DNA of 63,930 nt, the filler included, from Chiloscyllium plagiosum (lineage: Eukaryota): assembly GCF_004010195.1 (NCBI RefSeq). It is 5 parts of one record of this genome, joined end to end, with 100 filler letters (N's around TTAATTAATTAA, not from the genome) between each part and the next. Parts side by side here need not be neighbours in the genome. Positions count along the whole stretch, not along the records: positions 30,505 to 49,057 come from NC_057710.1; positions 49,158 to 61,915 come from NC_057710.1; 3 more parts are not named here. One strand, written 5' to 3'. Shown one piece after another: positions 36,554 to 49,836 of the stretch. The notes under the pieces are model-generated. The model ran no database searches and was not told the DNA's origin. It saw only the letters and a list, made by a program, of their open reading frames with translations. The number at the start of each line of letters is the position of its first letter. The stretch's first letter is position 1. The translations under genes were made by a program, and so were the position numbers.

Positions 36554-39500
36554 CCTGGAGTCACATGTAAGCCCAGTGCAAGTAAGGATGGCCAAATTCT
36601 TTCACTCTTGGACTTTTGTCAGCCAGACAATTAATTATAGTTTCATAGTCACCATCATTTCAATGAAATTTATAATTTCAGATTTTATGAACAGAATTAA
36701 AATTCCACCAGTTGTAATGATGGTGTTTGATCCCATCTTTTCAGAGCATGAACCTGGGTCTTAGGATTACTACTGCACTGGTATTACCAAGTAAGGGTTA
36801 TGGGGAAAAGACAAGAAAGTAGAGCTGAGGATTATCAGATCAGGCAGGATCTCATTGAATAGTAGAGCAGACTCAATAGGCTGAATGGTCACCATCATCA
36901 CTCCTGTTTGTCACCTTCCAAATATACTTTTTCATTATATATGCATAGGCAGGAAATAAATACATTGACATGATTTCTGACTTGAAACTATCATCACGAT
37001 ACATTAAGGTACAAATTGTACTGTTCCTGTTTTCTGCTTTGGGTTGCACTGTGTTGTTTAGTGGAATTATAAAGTCAGCACAATCCCAGCTCCCAATTCA
37101 TTTAGTAAAATAACACTCAGGTCAGCGAGATATTCTTTGCTAGCTATGCAACAGGGCATCAACAGCGCTAATAAGATGCACGTTCTTAGCAAAGATTCTG
37201 CTCATGGACACTCAGTTTGGGTTCTGCCAAGGCCATAAGACCATAAGATGTAGGAACAGAAATAGGCCATTTAGTCCATTGACTCAGCTCCACCACTCTA
37301 TGAGATCTTGCTTATCATCTGCCTTCCCCTAGTAACCTATACTTCTCATACTGATTAAAATGTCTATCTCAGCATTGGATATACTTAATAATCTTAACTA
37401 CTTCGCTCTACTGCTCCCTGTAAAGAATTCTACATATTCACTACCCTCTGAGAAAAGAATGTGATCCTCATCTCTGTTTTATATGGCCAACCCCTTATTT
37501 TGAGATTATGCCCTAGACTCACCCACAAAGTGAAAAGTTTTTCCATGTCTATCCTGTCATGCCTTTTAAGAAACTTTTATTTTTCAGAAAGGTTACCTCT
37601 GATGCTTTAAAATCCTGATAGGTACAGGCCTAACCTACTCAACATCTCTATATTAGAAATTTTTTCCATACTTCACTAGGTTGATTCTAGTGTTGCTAGT
37701 GATACCTAGTGTGAAAGAATATAGAATATATGTGTGACTTTCGTCTAGCAGGGTAGTTTATAGAGTTAGGTTGTGATATTTGTACAATGCACATTTATAT
37801 AAATTATGCAAAAACTTTATGGAATAGGAAACTGAATCAATTGGAGATATTAATCCAAAAATTAGATTCACACAGATCAATTTGAAACAGTTTAAAGAGC
37901 AAAACAGTTCACAAAGAGCTGTAATGATCTCCCAAATGTAGAATATGGTGAAAATGAACTCTAAAAGCAAAGCTGTCGATTTCTTTCTAACTGGGGTTGT
38001 TGAAGCATGAATTAAGACTATAGAAAATCTTTGGCTTGACTACTGACAATCCAGCATGGTGTTCCAGTTCTTTGTGTTTTCTCATCATGCATATATTCCC
38101 ATTCAAAGTTTATCATCACAAGTTTGGCTCAGGCTTGAAAACGTGGAATGCTGAACCCAGGCCAAACGGAAACAATCTCAGAAAACACTGGGGAGACTCA
38201 AAAAGGTCTGGCAGCATGTGTGGAGAGAGGAAAACAGAGTTACTGTTGTGTGATTTTATTTCAGATTTCCAGCACTGACAACATTTTGCTTTTACTACAG
38301 ATTCAAGCACACAAGTATTTACTCCATCATCTCTTTCCTCATCACAATCAGGCATAATAGCATTCTAAAAAGAAGTGTGGTGACATAAATGGTGATCACC
38401 ATCACCTTGCTTAATAGAAACATTGTCAAAGAATTATGAAATATACTATCTGAACATGTCAAAACACAATTAAAAGTTGTGAAGTATGCTTCATATGAGA
38501 GATGCTTAATTTGGATTTATTTCAAACAAATCTATTGAAGAAAATTTCTATTCATGAGGTGACTGTTTATATCACTTTATAATAGCTCTGGTTGCCTATT
38601 GTTGAGAACTGTTATTTCAGACTGTGACTCTATGGCAGGCCATTAACATAGTACAATTACCTATTTCCTATTGACTGTGTATTCTTTAAAAAAAAAGTGG
38701 AAAATGTATACAGGATTTCCTAATTTGGGGGAAAGATTAAAGGCAAGCACGAGAAGTAGTGTAAATCATAGTTCACACTATTATCCGGATAGTCTGCTAT
38801 TCTCCCACCACAGAACCTCCACAAACTTCAAATGCTAAGGCACAGCATTCTTGAAATTTCTCTCTATTGGCACATTTGACCAGAGCAATTCTGGTCAGTC
38901 TAAGAAAGAAGATCCAGACCCCAATTAACACAATCTGACGAAGTGTCTAATGTGGGAAAACAGCAGCTGTAAAAGAATTTTCACGGCACTAACTCTAAGG
39001 TAAAGTGATCCACTCTCAGGGGATCCTGACCACATTTCCTCAGCAATGAAGATACAAGCACTATATGAGGCAGGTGGGAATTTCATTGTCTGCCACCTAC
39101 AGTGCTTCATCAATTAGACAAAAGGAACCCGTTTGTAATGGCACAACAACAATTCTAACAGTATCTCGGAGAATGAGCCTGGCTGCCAAATTTCAATAAA
39201 CTCTGTTTACATAAAATTTTAATTGATATAAAAAGAGAGACTCAACAGGTTTAATGGAGAAAAAAGAATGAATGTTGTAAGCCTGTGTCAGTCAATCTTC
39301 TTTAGAACAAATACCTATTTCTTTTCATAGTAATCCATGCATGAGAAGAGGCAAAATTTGGTTTTGTCGTAACAAAGATTGATAATTCTGGATATGTGGC
39401 ACAGTTATTATAAAAAGAAAGACAAACAGAAAAGGTTGAGGAAGCCAACGTTGTGTTGGTGCTTCCTTTACAACTAAGAATTTTATACCAGACAAAATCT

Positions 39501-39783
39501 GAACAGGAACATGCTATTGACAATCCTCACACCTCTGCAGACAGTTCTCGGCTGTACCCAAGCTCTGCCCCTCTGGATCACCTGACCAGCTCTCTTAAAG
39601 AGCCAGCACCTCCCCTATCCAACTACATACATAACACCCAATAGTGCAGTAGCTTTGCAAAGAAGATATCAATAAAGAGAAGACAGGATTGGCAATCACT
39701 AATGTGGAGTAAGATTCCTTACAGTAATCAAAGGAATCCGACTCCTATCAACTTTTATTCCATCAGTGTAAAAGATCCAGGAA

Positions 39784-39866
39784 CGAGCTGAAAATGTGTT
39801 GCTGGAAAAGCGCAGCAGGTCAGGCAGCATCCAGGGAACAGGAGAATCGACGTTTCGGGCATAAGC
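39784..39866 (-). mobile_element. Solo Penelope terminal repeat with 12-bp TSD
   Basis: AAGATCCAGGAA at 39772-39783 and 39867-39878. Confidence 0.88.
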
Positions 39867-40781
39867 AAGATCCAGGAAGGCTGATTTGCAACGCGAAGAA
39901 TACTATCATATTGTATTATTATAAACAATAATGTTACAGTGCAGAATAGCGAGAATTTTAGTAACCAGCAACAACTAACAAAAGATTTGTAGGGTAAAAT
40001 TAATTATGCGAGTGAAGAAGACAGCAATATAAAAATGGTTTACAAGACCTTTAATAAGGCACTGGGGAGACATCGAGACTTTGTGGGAAAAGCCCAGTGT
40101 GGACCATCTGCAGGCCCATGGCTAAAGAATGATCATAATTTGGAACTGTTACCTTTTTCTTATTTACTACTTTATACCAAGAAGAACTGTATCATTGAAC
40201 TTTTAACTTATTTCTTTATTTTTCTAGTTTTGACCTAAGATTTTGTACCTAGGTACCTCGTACTTAAGATGGTGCAGTGAATGGAGACATTGTAAACTTT
40301 TCACTGCACATCTTGATAATAGGAAATGATAGACATTGAACAGTAAAAGGCACAGATTAGGTAGCACACATATAGTATAACTAAAGTTCTAATGAAGTGA
40401 AGAACTTAAATGTCAACAGAGAGAAAGTATTGGAGAAGTGTAGAAAACTAAAAACTAATAAATCCTCTGATGCTCTAGGTCCTCAGAGTTCCCTGACCTG
40501 CTGTGCTTTTCCAGCACCACATTCTCAACTCAAATCTTCAGCATCTGCAGCCTTCATTTCGCCTTCTAACAGAGGTGACTATTGAGATAATGAATGAATT
40601 ACTTATAATTTTCCAACATTTCTGATTCTAGAACTGGATTGGATGTTAGCGAATGTAATACCTCTAATCAAGAAAGCAAAGAGAGAGAAACAGATTACTA
40701 CAGGCCATTTCTCCAGAAGTAAAATTAAACTGAGGTCATAGCATCAGGAACATTGCAAAGCTGGAATTAAATTCATAAAGT

Positions 40782-40799
40782 GGGGGGGGGGGGGGGGGG
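40782..40799. repeat. G18 homopolymer
   Basis: Read directly. Confidence 0.95.
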
Positions 40800-41627
40800 A
40801 ATGGCGGATTTCAAATTCTACTAAATGGAGGTTGTGATTTCTATTGCCTTGACCAATGTGAAAATGGCAGGAAAAATGAGAAAATACAGCAATAATGAAA
40901 ATCATCACAATCCCGATGTCAAGAAAAGCATTTCTGATTTTACCCTTTCAGTTTAAAAGACAACTCTAGCATCTCGCCAATGGGTAGCATCTCTGCATTT
41001 GCATCTTATTTCATTTGAGCAGAAAAGGTTGAGAAGGGACCTGATAGAGGCATATAAATTTAAGAGAGGCATGGACATGAGTAAACAGGAAGTAGCCATT
41101 CTCCTTAGTTGAACTGTCAACATTAAGGGGGCACAGTTTTAATGTGGAAGACAGGAGGCTGAGAGGGGATGTAAGGGATTTTTTCAGGATACCTTCCTAA
41201 AACAGCATATTGTGGAGTCAATTAGAGAGCAAATCATACTAGACCAGGCATTTTGCAATGAGATATGATGAATTAATGATTGTTAAGGTACCTCTGAGTA
41301 GCATAGCTCATAATCAAATTGAATTTTGCATTAAATCTGAGTGAGAGTAGAATGGGTCGAAAAGTGGTTTTGTTTTAATTTAAGTAAGACCAATTATCAG
41401 AGCATGAAAGCAGAACTGATTAAGGAGAATTGTCAATTTTGACATGAGGGCAGACCAATAGAGATGAAATGGCAGACATTTAAAGAGATATTTCAGCATA
41501 TATAGAATAAGTACATTGCAATGAATAAGAATTAACCATCATCTGTGGTTAACTTAAAATTTTGAAGTTCATGTTAAGTTTAAACAAAAAAAACCATTAT
41601 AACTATACAAAGACAAATAACAGGTCA

Positions 41628-41842
41628 GAATCATAGAATCCCTAGAGTGTGGAAGCAGGTCATTGGTCCATCAAGTCCATACCAACTCTCTGGTAGGCAT
41701 CCCACCCAGACCCATCTCCTACCCTATCCATGCATTTCCCATAGCCAATCCACCTAACCTGCACATCTTTGGACTGTGGAAGGAAACTAGAGCACCCAGA
41801 GCAAACCCATACAGACAAGGAGAGAATGTGCAAACTCCATCC
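41628..41842 (-). mobile_element. 5'-truncated V-SINE
   Basis: V core and CR1-like tail. Confidence 0.75.
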
Positions 41843-41844
41843 AG

Positions 41845-42240
41845 ACATGATGTGGAGGTACTGGTGTTGGATTGGGCTGGACAAAGTTAAAAATCACAAT
41901 TATAGTCCAACATGTTTATTTGGAAGTACAAGCTTTTGGAGTGCTGTTCCTTCATCAGGTAGGTAGTTGGGCAGAATCATTGGACACAGAATTTATAGGA
42001 AAGGATCAAAGTGTCACACAACTGCTGCGATACATTGAACAAACATAAATTGCTGTTAAGTCTTTAATCACTTTAAATGGGTTGCAGGTTTCGATTCATT
42101 AATACGTAAACCCAGAACTTCTTTCAAGTCACATTTCCGAGATAACTTAAGATTTTATATAAAAAAATGTGACCTCTCAGCCCACACAATGCATTAAAGG
42201 TGTGAGGTTAGAGTCTGTCTGTATCCCAAAGTTGAATCGC
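41845..42240 (-). mobile_element. Different Penelope-type terminal repeat with decayed hammerhead (~41927-41960)
   Basis: Reverse complement CTGATGAAGGAACAGCACTCCAAAAGCTTG then AATAAAC; GAAA has become AAAA. Confidence 0.55.
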
Positions 42241-43704
42241 TCACACACACACACTGCTAGGCTAGGCTTGTATCTGCTGAAGTATGGCAAAGTAAGAGGT
42301 GATTTAATTAAAAAGTATAAAATTCTGAAAAGTCTTGACAGTCTGGATGTGAAGATAATTTTTCCTCCTAAGGGAACATCTGAAATAGGTGTCTCTGTTT
42401 AAAAATCGGAGTAACCAATTTAAAACAGAGCTTAGAGTAATTCATTTTCTGTCAGAGGATCATGGGTCTTTGGAAGCCTTTTCCTGAAAAGGTAGTGGCA
42501 GCAGAAACCTTAAATAAATTTAAGGCAATTGTAGATTCTTGTTGAGCAGGGTTGAAAGGTTGCAAGAGGTAGGCAAGAATGTGGATTTGAGATTACAATC
42601 AGATCAATCCTGACCTTATTGAATGGCAGAGCAGGCTAGATGGTCTGAACAACTTACTCCTGATCTTATTCATATGTTCATTCTGTAATAGCACCACTTC
42701 TTGAACATGCAGAGGAAGGCTAAAAGTTTTAAAATGCTAGTAGTTTAAAAAGAACTAATTACAGCCCAGAGTGACTGTTGTCATTATATTGACAGAACAT
42801 CATGGGGCCCTGCTGCAGTGAGTGAAGTGAATATATGAGCACCGGTGACAAGTGAGGTGTTTGATTCAGGGTATGACTAAAACAAAAATCCCAATTGCAT
42901 GCTTCATGCAAACATTTCTATACATTTCTTGTAAAGAAGAGCAGACCTTTTCAGTTTACCCATGTCTGCGCTTCTTGTAATGAATCATGCTCAAAAGGAC
43001 ATTCCAAAGTCTTCATTTCAGCCCAGACTTTTAAATAAATTATAAGTAAAGTTCTGAAATCTAGGCTGAGCACCTAGCCTTTCCAGTTGTATAAAATGCC
43101 TGAGATTGTCACAATTTATTCTAAAGGTCACTGTACATAAAGTACTAACAAATCAAAACTGGTGACTCCTGAACAAAGTAAAGCAAATAAAGGACATTGC
43201 ATTATTTCCTACTATTTTTGCTTGCCTTGATGTAAACTGTCGAGATTATTAGAATAATGTGGAGAGAAGCCAAGCTTCTGGCAGTCTAGAAAAGCTTCCA
43301 GTAAAAACAGTAATCAGTTTCCAATTGACCGTGAGGTATATTTATACATATCTGGCTACTGGCTTTAAGGTTTGGGTTAGACAAGTTTATAGTTCAATAT
43401 TATACTGTGCTGCAGATCCCAGATTACCTACACAATACAGAAGACCAGTGAGTCATTGTGTATTTATGAATGTTAAGACTACCATAAAAACATAGAGGCA
43501 ACAGAAAATTATTTACCAATATATAAAAAAACATCTTATGAAAAGAATTCATATGTCGAAATCAGGAAAGCATGTATACAAAATGTTAAGAAGTGTTGAA
43601 AGAATTTAATGCTGTTGAGATCAGTTGTAGCACAACAGCAACATCTACAGGCTCTTCATGTAACTACCCTGCAACAGTCCTTGGTTTGTGCTACTCTCAC
43701 TACC

Positions 43705-44598
43705 AAACCCCACCCCCCAGCCCTCAGGTACTTCCTTGTCCTCACCTACCACTCCAATGGTTTCCGCACCCAACGCATCATCCTTAAAGACTTCCACTAA
43801 CTCCAACTCCTTAAAGACCCCACCACCAAGAACATCTTCCCCTCCCCACCCCTCTCTGCCTTCTTCAAGGACCGTTCTCTTTGACAGTCCTTGCTTGTTC
43901 TACTACACCACCACCTCCAATCCCAGAACTCCCAGGTAACTTCCCCTGAAACCAGAAAAGATGCAAAACCTACCAGCGCACCACCCTCCCTCACCTCCAC
44001 CCAGGGCCCTTCCAGATGAGACAGAGGCTCACCTGCCTCTCTTCCAACCTAGTTTGCTACAAACAGTGCTCCCGATGTGGTCTTCTCTACATCATAGAGG
44101 CCGAATGTAAACTTAGGGAACAGTTCGCTGAGCACCACTGTCATGCCCACAGGGGCCAACCGGACCTCCCAGTCACAATCCATTTTAATTCCCCTTCCCA
44201 CTCCCTTTGCAACATGACCGTCCTTGGCCTCCTCCATTGCCACAATGAACCACACCGCAAATTGGAGGAACAACACCTCATCTTCTGCCTGGGCAGCCAA
44301 AGGAGTCAACATTGAATTCTCCAATTTCTAATAACCTCCCTTCCAAGCCTCTCTTCTTCCATTCCACTCCTCCATGCGACCATCCAGATTCATTCCTCCA
44401 TTGACCAACCTGGTCATACCCTCTATCTGTCTTCACCTATCCCCACTTCACCACCCTGCCCCCACCACCCCCTTTATCTGCAGCTCTCCCTACACCTACC
44501 CCCCAGTCCTGAAGAAGGGTTACACCCAAAACATCGACTTCTCCACCTGATGCTGTCTGGCTTGCTGTGTTCTTCCAGGCTCCTGCCTGTCTACTTTA
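43705..44598 (+). mobile_element. Penelope-like element 3' part (GIY-YIG + terminal repeat)
   Basis: TCLSSNLVCYKQCSRCGLLYI...FAEH...HFN...RKLEEQHLIF; CTGAAGAAGGGTTACACCCAAAACATC. Confidence 0.88.
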
Positions 44599-45885
44599 AC
44601 TACAACAGTTACTTGTATAGACAGCTGAATAGCTATAAGCCAGCTGGTTGAGGAGAGATGACAGTATAGCTGTATGATTGCTATCTAGTTATCTAGAGAT
44701 TATTCGAAGGATCAGGATTCAATTTACACTTCAGCGGACTGGAATTTGAATTCAATAAAGATCTGGAATTTAGGGTTCTTGCGGCACAGTGGTTTTATTA
44801 CTATCTCTGAGCTTGAACGTCTGGATTTAAGTCCCAGGCAGGCCAATAACAACTCTGACTAAAAATACCTATGATGTGGCAAAATACTAGATAACATCGA
44901 AGCTATGATCCAAAACTAGTACTATACTTCCCTTAGAGTTTTTGAAGTGCAGTGATAGTACCCATATCTCTGACCCAGGAGGCCTGACTTCAAGAAAAGA
45001 ACCTGGCTTGTTACTTTCAGGTTGCCAGTCTTTCAGGATTGTCCTTCAGTCCTCAACATTTAAACATTGTTCTCTAGGGCACTATTGTGAGCAACATAAG
45101 AGAAGCATCAATGGACCACTGTGTTTTAAAATTAATTTTGAACCCTTTGTTTGTTGGTTCTAAAGGTAACAGATAGAGAGAAATGGCTGTTGACTGGGTA
45201 AGACAGTTAAAAGTTGAAAGTCATGTATTGAAACAGCAAGGTACAAGTAGCAATTTATCTATGAGGAAATTAACCCTTCCCATTAGCAAGACTCCCTTAA
45301 CAAGTGTGGTTCTACAAGTAGATAATCTGTTGCCCACTGCAAGTCAGAGCTTCATAAATTTCTGCAAATTATGATTTTTTTTAATGTTCAATGTGACCTG
45401 AATAATATTTCTTCATTGGGGCTTCACTAGAACTGGACTGAAGCAGGATGTTTGCTAATGGGAAGGATGAAGTGACTTCCCGGGTAAGTCAAACAGTTAA
45501 ATTTTTGAACAGGTTTTGTAAGTATGCTTACAAAAGTGACACTAGTTCCAACCCTTAGCTGTTGCCTTTTCATGGCCAAAGGCGAACTAATCTTCATTTC
45601 TTGGCTGATACTCTACATCATCTTCTTTCCTAATTTAAGCCTTAAAATAGACCAGCAGTATTTAAATAAGGTTGGCAAGTAATCTGCACCTGAATCTTAA
45701 GCCGCAATAACACTCTTCACCTGCCCTCTTGAAATACAGTCCAGGTTAAATTGTTAGAATCATTTTATAAATACGCTTGGAGTTTATACAGTGATGTAGA
45801 AGGTATACAGTGTAATTGAGCCAATTTTAAGAAACGGCCAAGATTCTATTTCTGTAACTTTGATAAGTCAGACAATGACAGCAGG

Positions 45886-45978
45886 TGCTGAAAAATGTGT
45901 TGCTGGAAAAGCGCAGCAGGTCAGGCAGCATCCAAGGAGCAGGAGAATCGATGTTTCGGGCATAAGCCCTTCTTCAGG
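45886..45978 (-). mobile_element. Solo Penelope terminal repeat with full hammerhead core and 12-bp TSD
   Basis: AATGACAGCAGG at 45874-45885 and 45979-45990. Confidence 0.88.
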
Positions 45979-46094
45979 AATGACAGCAGGATGTAGCATT
46001 ACTACAAATTGATTTGTTATTATTGTTACAATCCCACATTGAGACCAACAACTTTCAGAAAAATATTTAAACTTCCAAAGATTGAAATGATCTC

Positions 46095-48162
46095 ATAAGA
46101 ACATAAGAACTAGGTGCAGGAGTAGGCCATTTGGCCCTTTGAGCTTGCTCAGGCTTTCAATAAGATCATGGCTGATCTTTTCATGGCCTCAGCTCCACTT
46201 ACCCGGCCTCTCACCATAACCCTAAATTCCTCTATTGGAGATTAGAGTCGAGAGTATGGTGCTGGAAAAGCATAGCAGGTCAGGTAGCATCCGAGAAGCA
46301 GGAGAGTCAATATTTTGGGCAAAAGCACTACACATGGTCTCCAACTCTAAATCATTGAACGAAATTGCGAATAATTGCAGTCCCAACATGGATTACTGAG
46401 GCACACTACTAGTTACTGATTGCCAACCAGAATAGCACTCATTTATTCCCACTCTTTGCTTCCAGTCAGTCAACCAATTCTCCATCCATGCCAATACTTT
46501 ACCCATAATGTCATGCATCCTTATCTTATGCAGCAACCTCTTGTGCGGCACCTTGTCAAAGGCCTTTTGGAAATCTAGGTACACTACAGATACTGGGTCC
46601 CCGTTGTCTATGCTGCTCGTAATGTCTGAATAGAATTCCAAAAGATTTGTTAAGCATGACCTGCCCTTCATGAACTCATGTTGTGTCTGCCCAAAGGGAC
46701 AATTCCGATCGAGATGGCTTGTTATTTCTTTCTTGATAATAGATTCAAGCACCTTCACAACTATTGAGGTTAAGCTAACCGGTGTATAATTCCCCATCTT
46801 TTGTTTTAGATTAGATTCCCTAATGTATGGAAACAGGCCCTTTGGTCCAACAAGTCCACACTGATCCTCTGAACAGTAACCCACCCGGACCAATTTCCCT
46901 CTGACTAATGCACCTAACACTATTAGTGTGCAATTTAGTATGGCCAATTCACCTGACCTGCACATCTTTGGACTGTGGGAGGAAACCAGAGCACATGGAG
47001 GAAACCCATGCAGACACGGGGAGAATGTGCAAACTCCACACAGACAGTTGCACAAGGCTGGAATTGAACCTGGTGCTGTGAGGCAGCAGTGCTAACCACT
47101 GAGCCACCATACCGCCCTCTTATCTAACTTCCTTTTTAAACAGTGGTATCACATTTCCTGTTTTCCAATCTGTTAGAACTGCCCCGGAGTCCAGCGAAGT
47201 TTGGAAAATTACCACAAGTGCACCTTTTATTTCTCCCACCATCTCTTTTAGTACCCTCGGATGCATTCATTCAGAGCCAGGAGATTTGTCTATCCTTAAC
47301 ACAATTAGCTTGCCCAACACTAATCCTTCTGTAATAATTATTGTTTCCAGATCTTCACCTAGCTTCATCTCTTTGTCACTTACTGGCATGTTATTAGTGT
47401 CCTCCCTTGAGAAGACCAATATAAAGTACCTAATCAATGCCTCAGCCATTTCATCATATCCCATAACTAAATGCCCCTTCTCATCCTCTAAGGGACCAAC
47501 ATTTACTTTAGCCACTCTTTTTCATTTTATATATTTATAGAAACTTTTGCTATCTGTCTTCATATTCTCAGCTAGTTTTTCTCTTAAGTTCTAACATACT
47601 TTTCTTAATAGTTCTTTTTGTGGCTTTCTGTTGACTTTTAAAGTTTTCCCAATCTTTTAGTTTCCTACTGTTCTTGGCCACTTTGTATGGCTTCTCTTTC
47701 AATTTGATATCCTCCCTTATTTCCTAGACATCCATAATAGATTACCCCTTTTCTTACAGTCCTTCCTTTTCACTGGAATGTACTTTTGCTGAGCACTTTG
47801 AAAAATTGCTTTGAAAGTCCTCCATTGCTCATCAAGTGCACCACCATAGATCTTTGTTTCCAGTCTATTTTAGCACCAAGTCCTCCCCCATCCTATTGTA
47901 ATCTCCCTTGTTTAATCACAGGACCCTGGTATTGGATTTTTCCTTCGCACTTTCTATCTGTATTCTAAATTCAACCACACTGTGATCGCTCCTTCCAAGA
48001 GTATCCCTAACAATAAGGTTATTAGTTATTCCTGTCTCATTACACAGGGCCAGACTTAGGATAGCTTGCTCCCTCATCGGTTTCATTACATTCTGTTCAA
48101 GAAAACTATCACAGATATACTCAATCAACTCCTCCTCATGGTTACCCTGACGGAACTGGTTC
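46095..48162 (-). mobile_element. CR1 LINE (APE C-terminus to 3' end, internally deleted), with Penelope repeat and V-SINE insertions
   Basis: GRSDHS, KSPG, YLDFQKAFDKVPH, SVPQ; TTCTTATG-type tail at ~46095. Confidence 0.85.
46806..47117 (-). mobile_element. V-SINE, full length
   Basis: tRNA-like head, V core, (AATCT)n tail. Confidence 0.9.
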
Positions 48163-48217
48163 AAGATTTCAAGTTTTAAGCTTAAGTCAAAGTAAGTAAT
48201 TAACTAACTAAGCAGAG

Positions 48218-49057
48218 ATGGCTGGGCAGGTGATGTGCTGTTGCTGTATGATGTGGGAGCTGGCTGATCCCATTGTGAACGGCAGTGACCACATCTGCAG
48301 CAAGTGTTGGTTGCTGGAAGAACTCCGGATCAGAGTTGATGATCTGGAATCTGAGCTTCAAACACCGCGGCACATCCGGGAGGGGGAGAGTTACCTGGAT
48401 GCTTTGTTTCAGGAGGCAGTGACACCTGGGAGATTAAGTAATTCACATTCAGCTAGTGATCAGGCACAAAAGAGTGTGACTGTAAGTGAGGCAGGTAGGG
48501 GGAACCGGAGTTCAGGAGTGGAGGAGCTTCAGCCCTTGACCTTGTCCAATAGGTACGAGATTCTTGCTCCCTGTTCGGATGAGGAAAAGGGCTCTGGACA
48601 GGATGAGCCAACTGACCAAGGCACCATGGTGCAGAAGGCCATTCAAGAGGGGGGAGCTAATAGACAAGTAGTGGTTATAGGGGATTCTATAATTAGGGGG
48701 ACAGATAGTATCCTTTGCAAGCTGGATCGGGAGTCTCGCATGGTGTGTTGCCTGCCCAGTGCCAGGGTTCGGGGCATCTCCGAACGGCTTGAAAGGATAT
48801 TGGAGCGGGAGGGGGAGGATCCAGTTGTTGTGATCCACGTTGGTACCAACAACATAGGCAAGACTAGGGTGGAGGACCTGCTTGGGCATTATGAAGCACT
48901 AGGCAGGAAATTGAAGCACAGGTCCTCAAGGGTCATAATCTCCGGATTACTGCCCGAGCCAAGTGCCAATTGGCATAGGGACAAGAAAATTAGGCAAGTA
49001 AACACGTGGCTAAGGGATTGGTGTGGGAAAGAGAGATTCCACTTCATGGGGCATTGG
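48218..49057 (+). CDS. CR1 ORF1 protein (Cys cluster, coiled coil, SGNH esterase), open until the gap
   Basis: 280 uninterrupted codons: CCCCMMW...CSKC, LRIRVDDLESEL, VIGDSIIRG, CLPSARV, IHVGTNN. Confidence 0.88.
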
Positions 49058-49157
49058 NNNNNNNNNNNNNNNNNNNNNNNNNNNNNNNNNNNNNNNNNNN
49101 NTTAATTAATTAANNNNNNNNNNNNNNNNNNNNNNNNNNNNNNNNNNNNNNNNNNNN
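49058..49157. other. Assembly gap N44-TTAATTAATTAA-N44
   Basis: Read directly. Confidence 0.98.
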
Positions 49158-49836
49158 GTGAAGGGTGGAAGGTGTAGGGGAGATGTCAGGGGTGGGTTCT
49201 TTACCCTGAGAGTGGTGGGGGCATGGAATGCGCTGCCTGTGGGAGTGGTAGAGTCAGAATCTTTGGTGACCTTTAAGCGGCAATTGGATAGGTACATGGA
49301 TGGGTGCTTAAGCTAGGACAAATGTTCGGCACAACATCGTGGGCCGAAGGGCCTGTTCTGTGCTGTATTGTTGTATGTTCTATGTTCTATGTTGCTGAGA
49401 CTAGAGGGTTTGAGTTATAAGGATAGGCTAGGACTTATTTCACTGGAGCATAGGAATTGGAGGGGAGATCTTATAGAGCTTTATAAAATCATGAAGGACA
49501 TAGATAAGGTGAATAGCAAAAATCTTTTCCATATGGTGGGGGAGTTCAAATCTAGGGGGTATAATTTTTTAAGGTGAGAGGAGAAAGATTTAAAAGGGAC
49601 TTTAGGGACAATTTGTTTCACACAATGGGTGGTTCATATATGGAATAATCTGCCAGAGGAAGTGGCATATGCAGGTAAAGTTACAACATTTTAAAAAATT
49701 TGGACAGGTACATGAATAGGAAAGATTTAGAGGGATATGGGCCACATGCAGGGAAGTGGGAAGAGTTTAGTTTGGGAAATGTAGTCAGCATAAAAGAGTT
49801 GGATGGAGGGTCTGATTCCATGTTACATGACTCTCT
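49158..49836 (+). mobile_element. Two adjacent CR1 3' ends (49158-49391 and 49392-49836)
   Basis: RVVGAWNALP with TATGTTC repeat tail, then LGLISLEHRNWRGDLIE through to a second tail. Confidence 0.82.

Noticed and set aside
46393..47055. 220-aa ORF
   Set aside because: V-SINE sequence reading into a CR1 RT fragment
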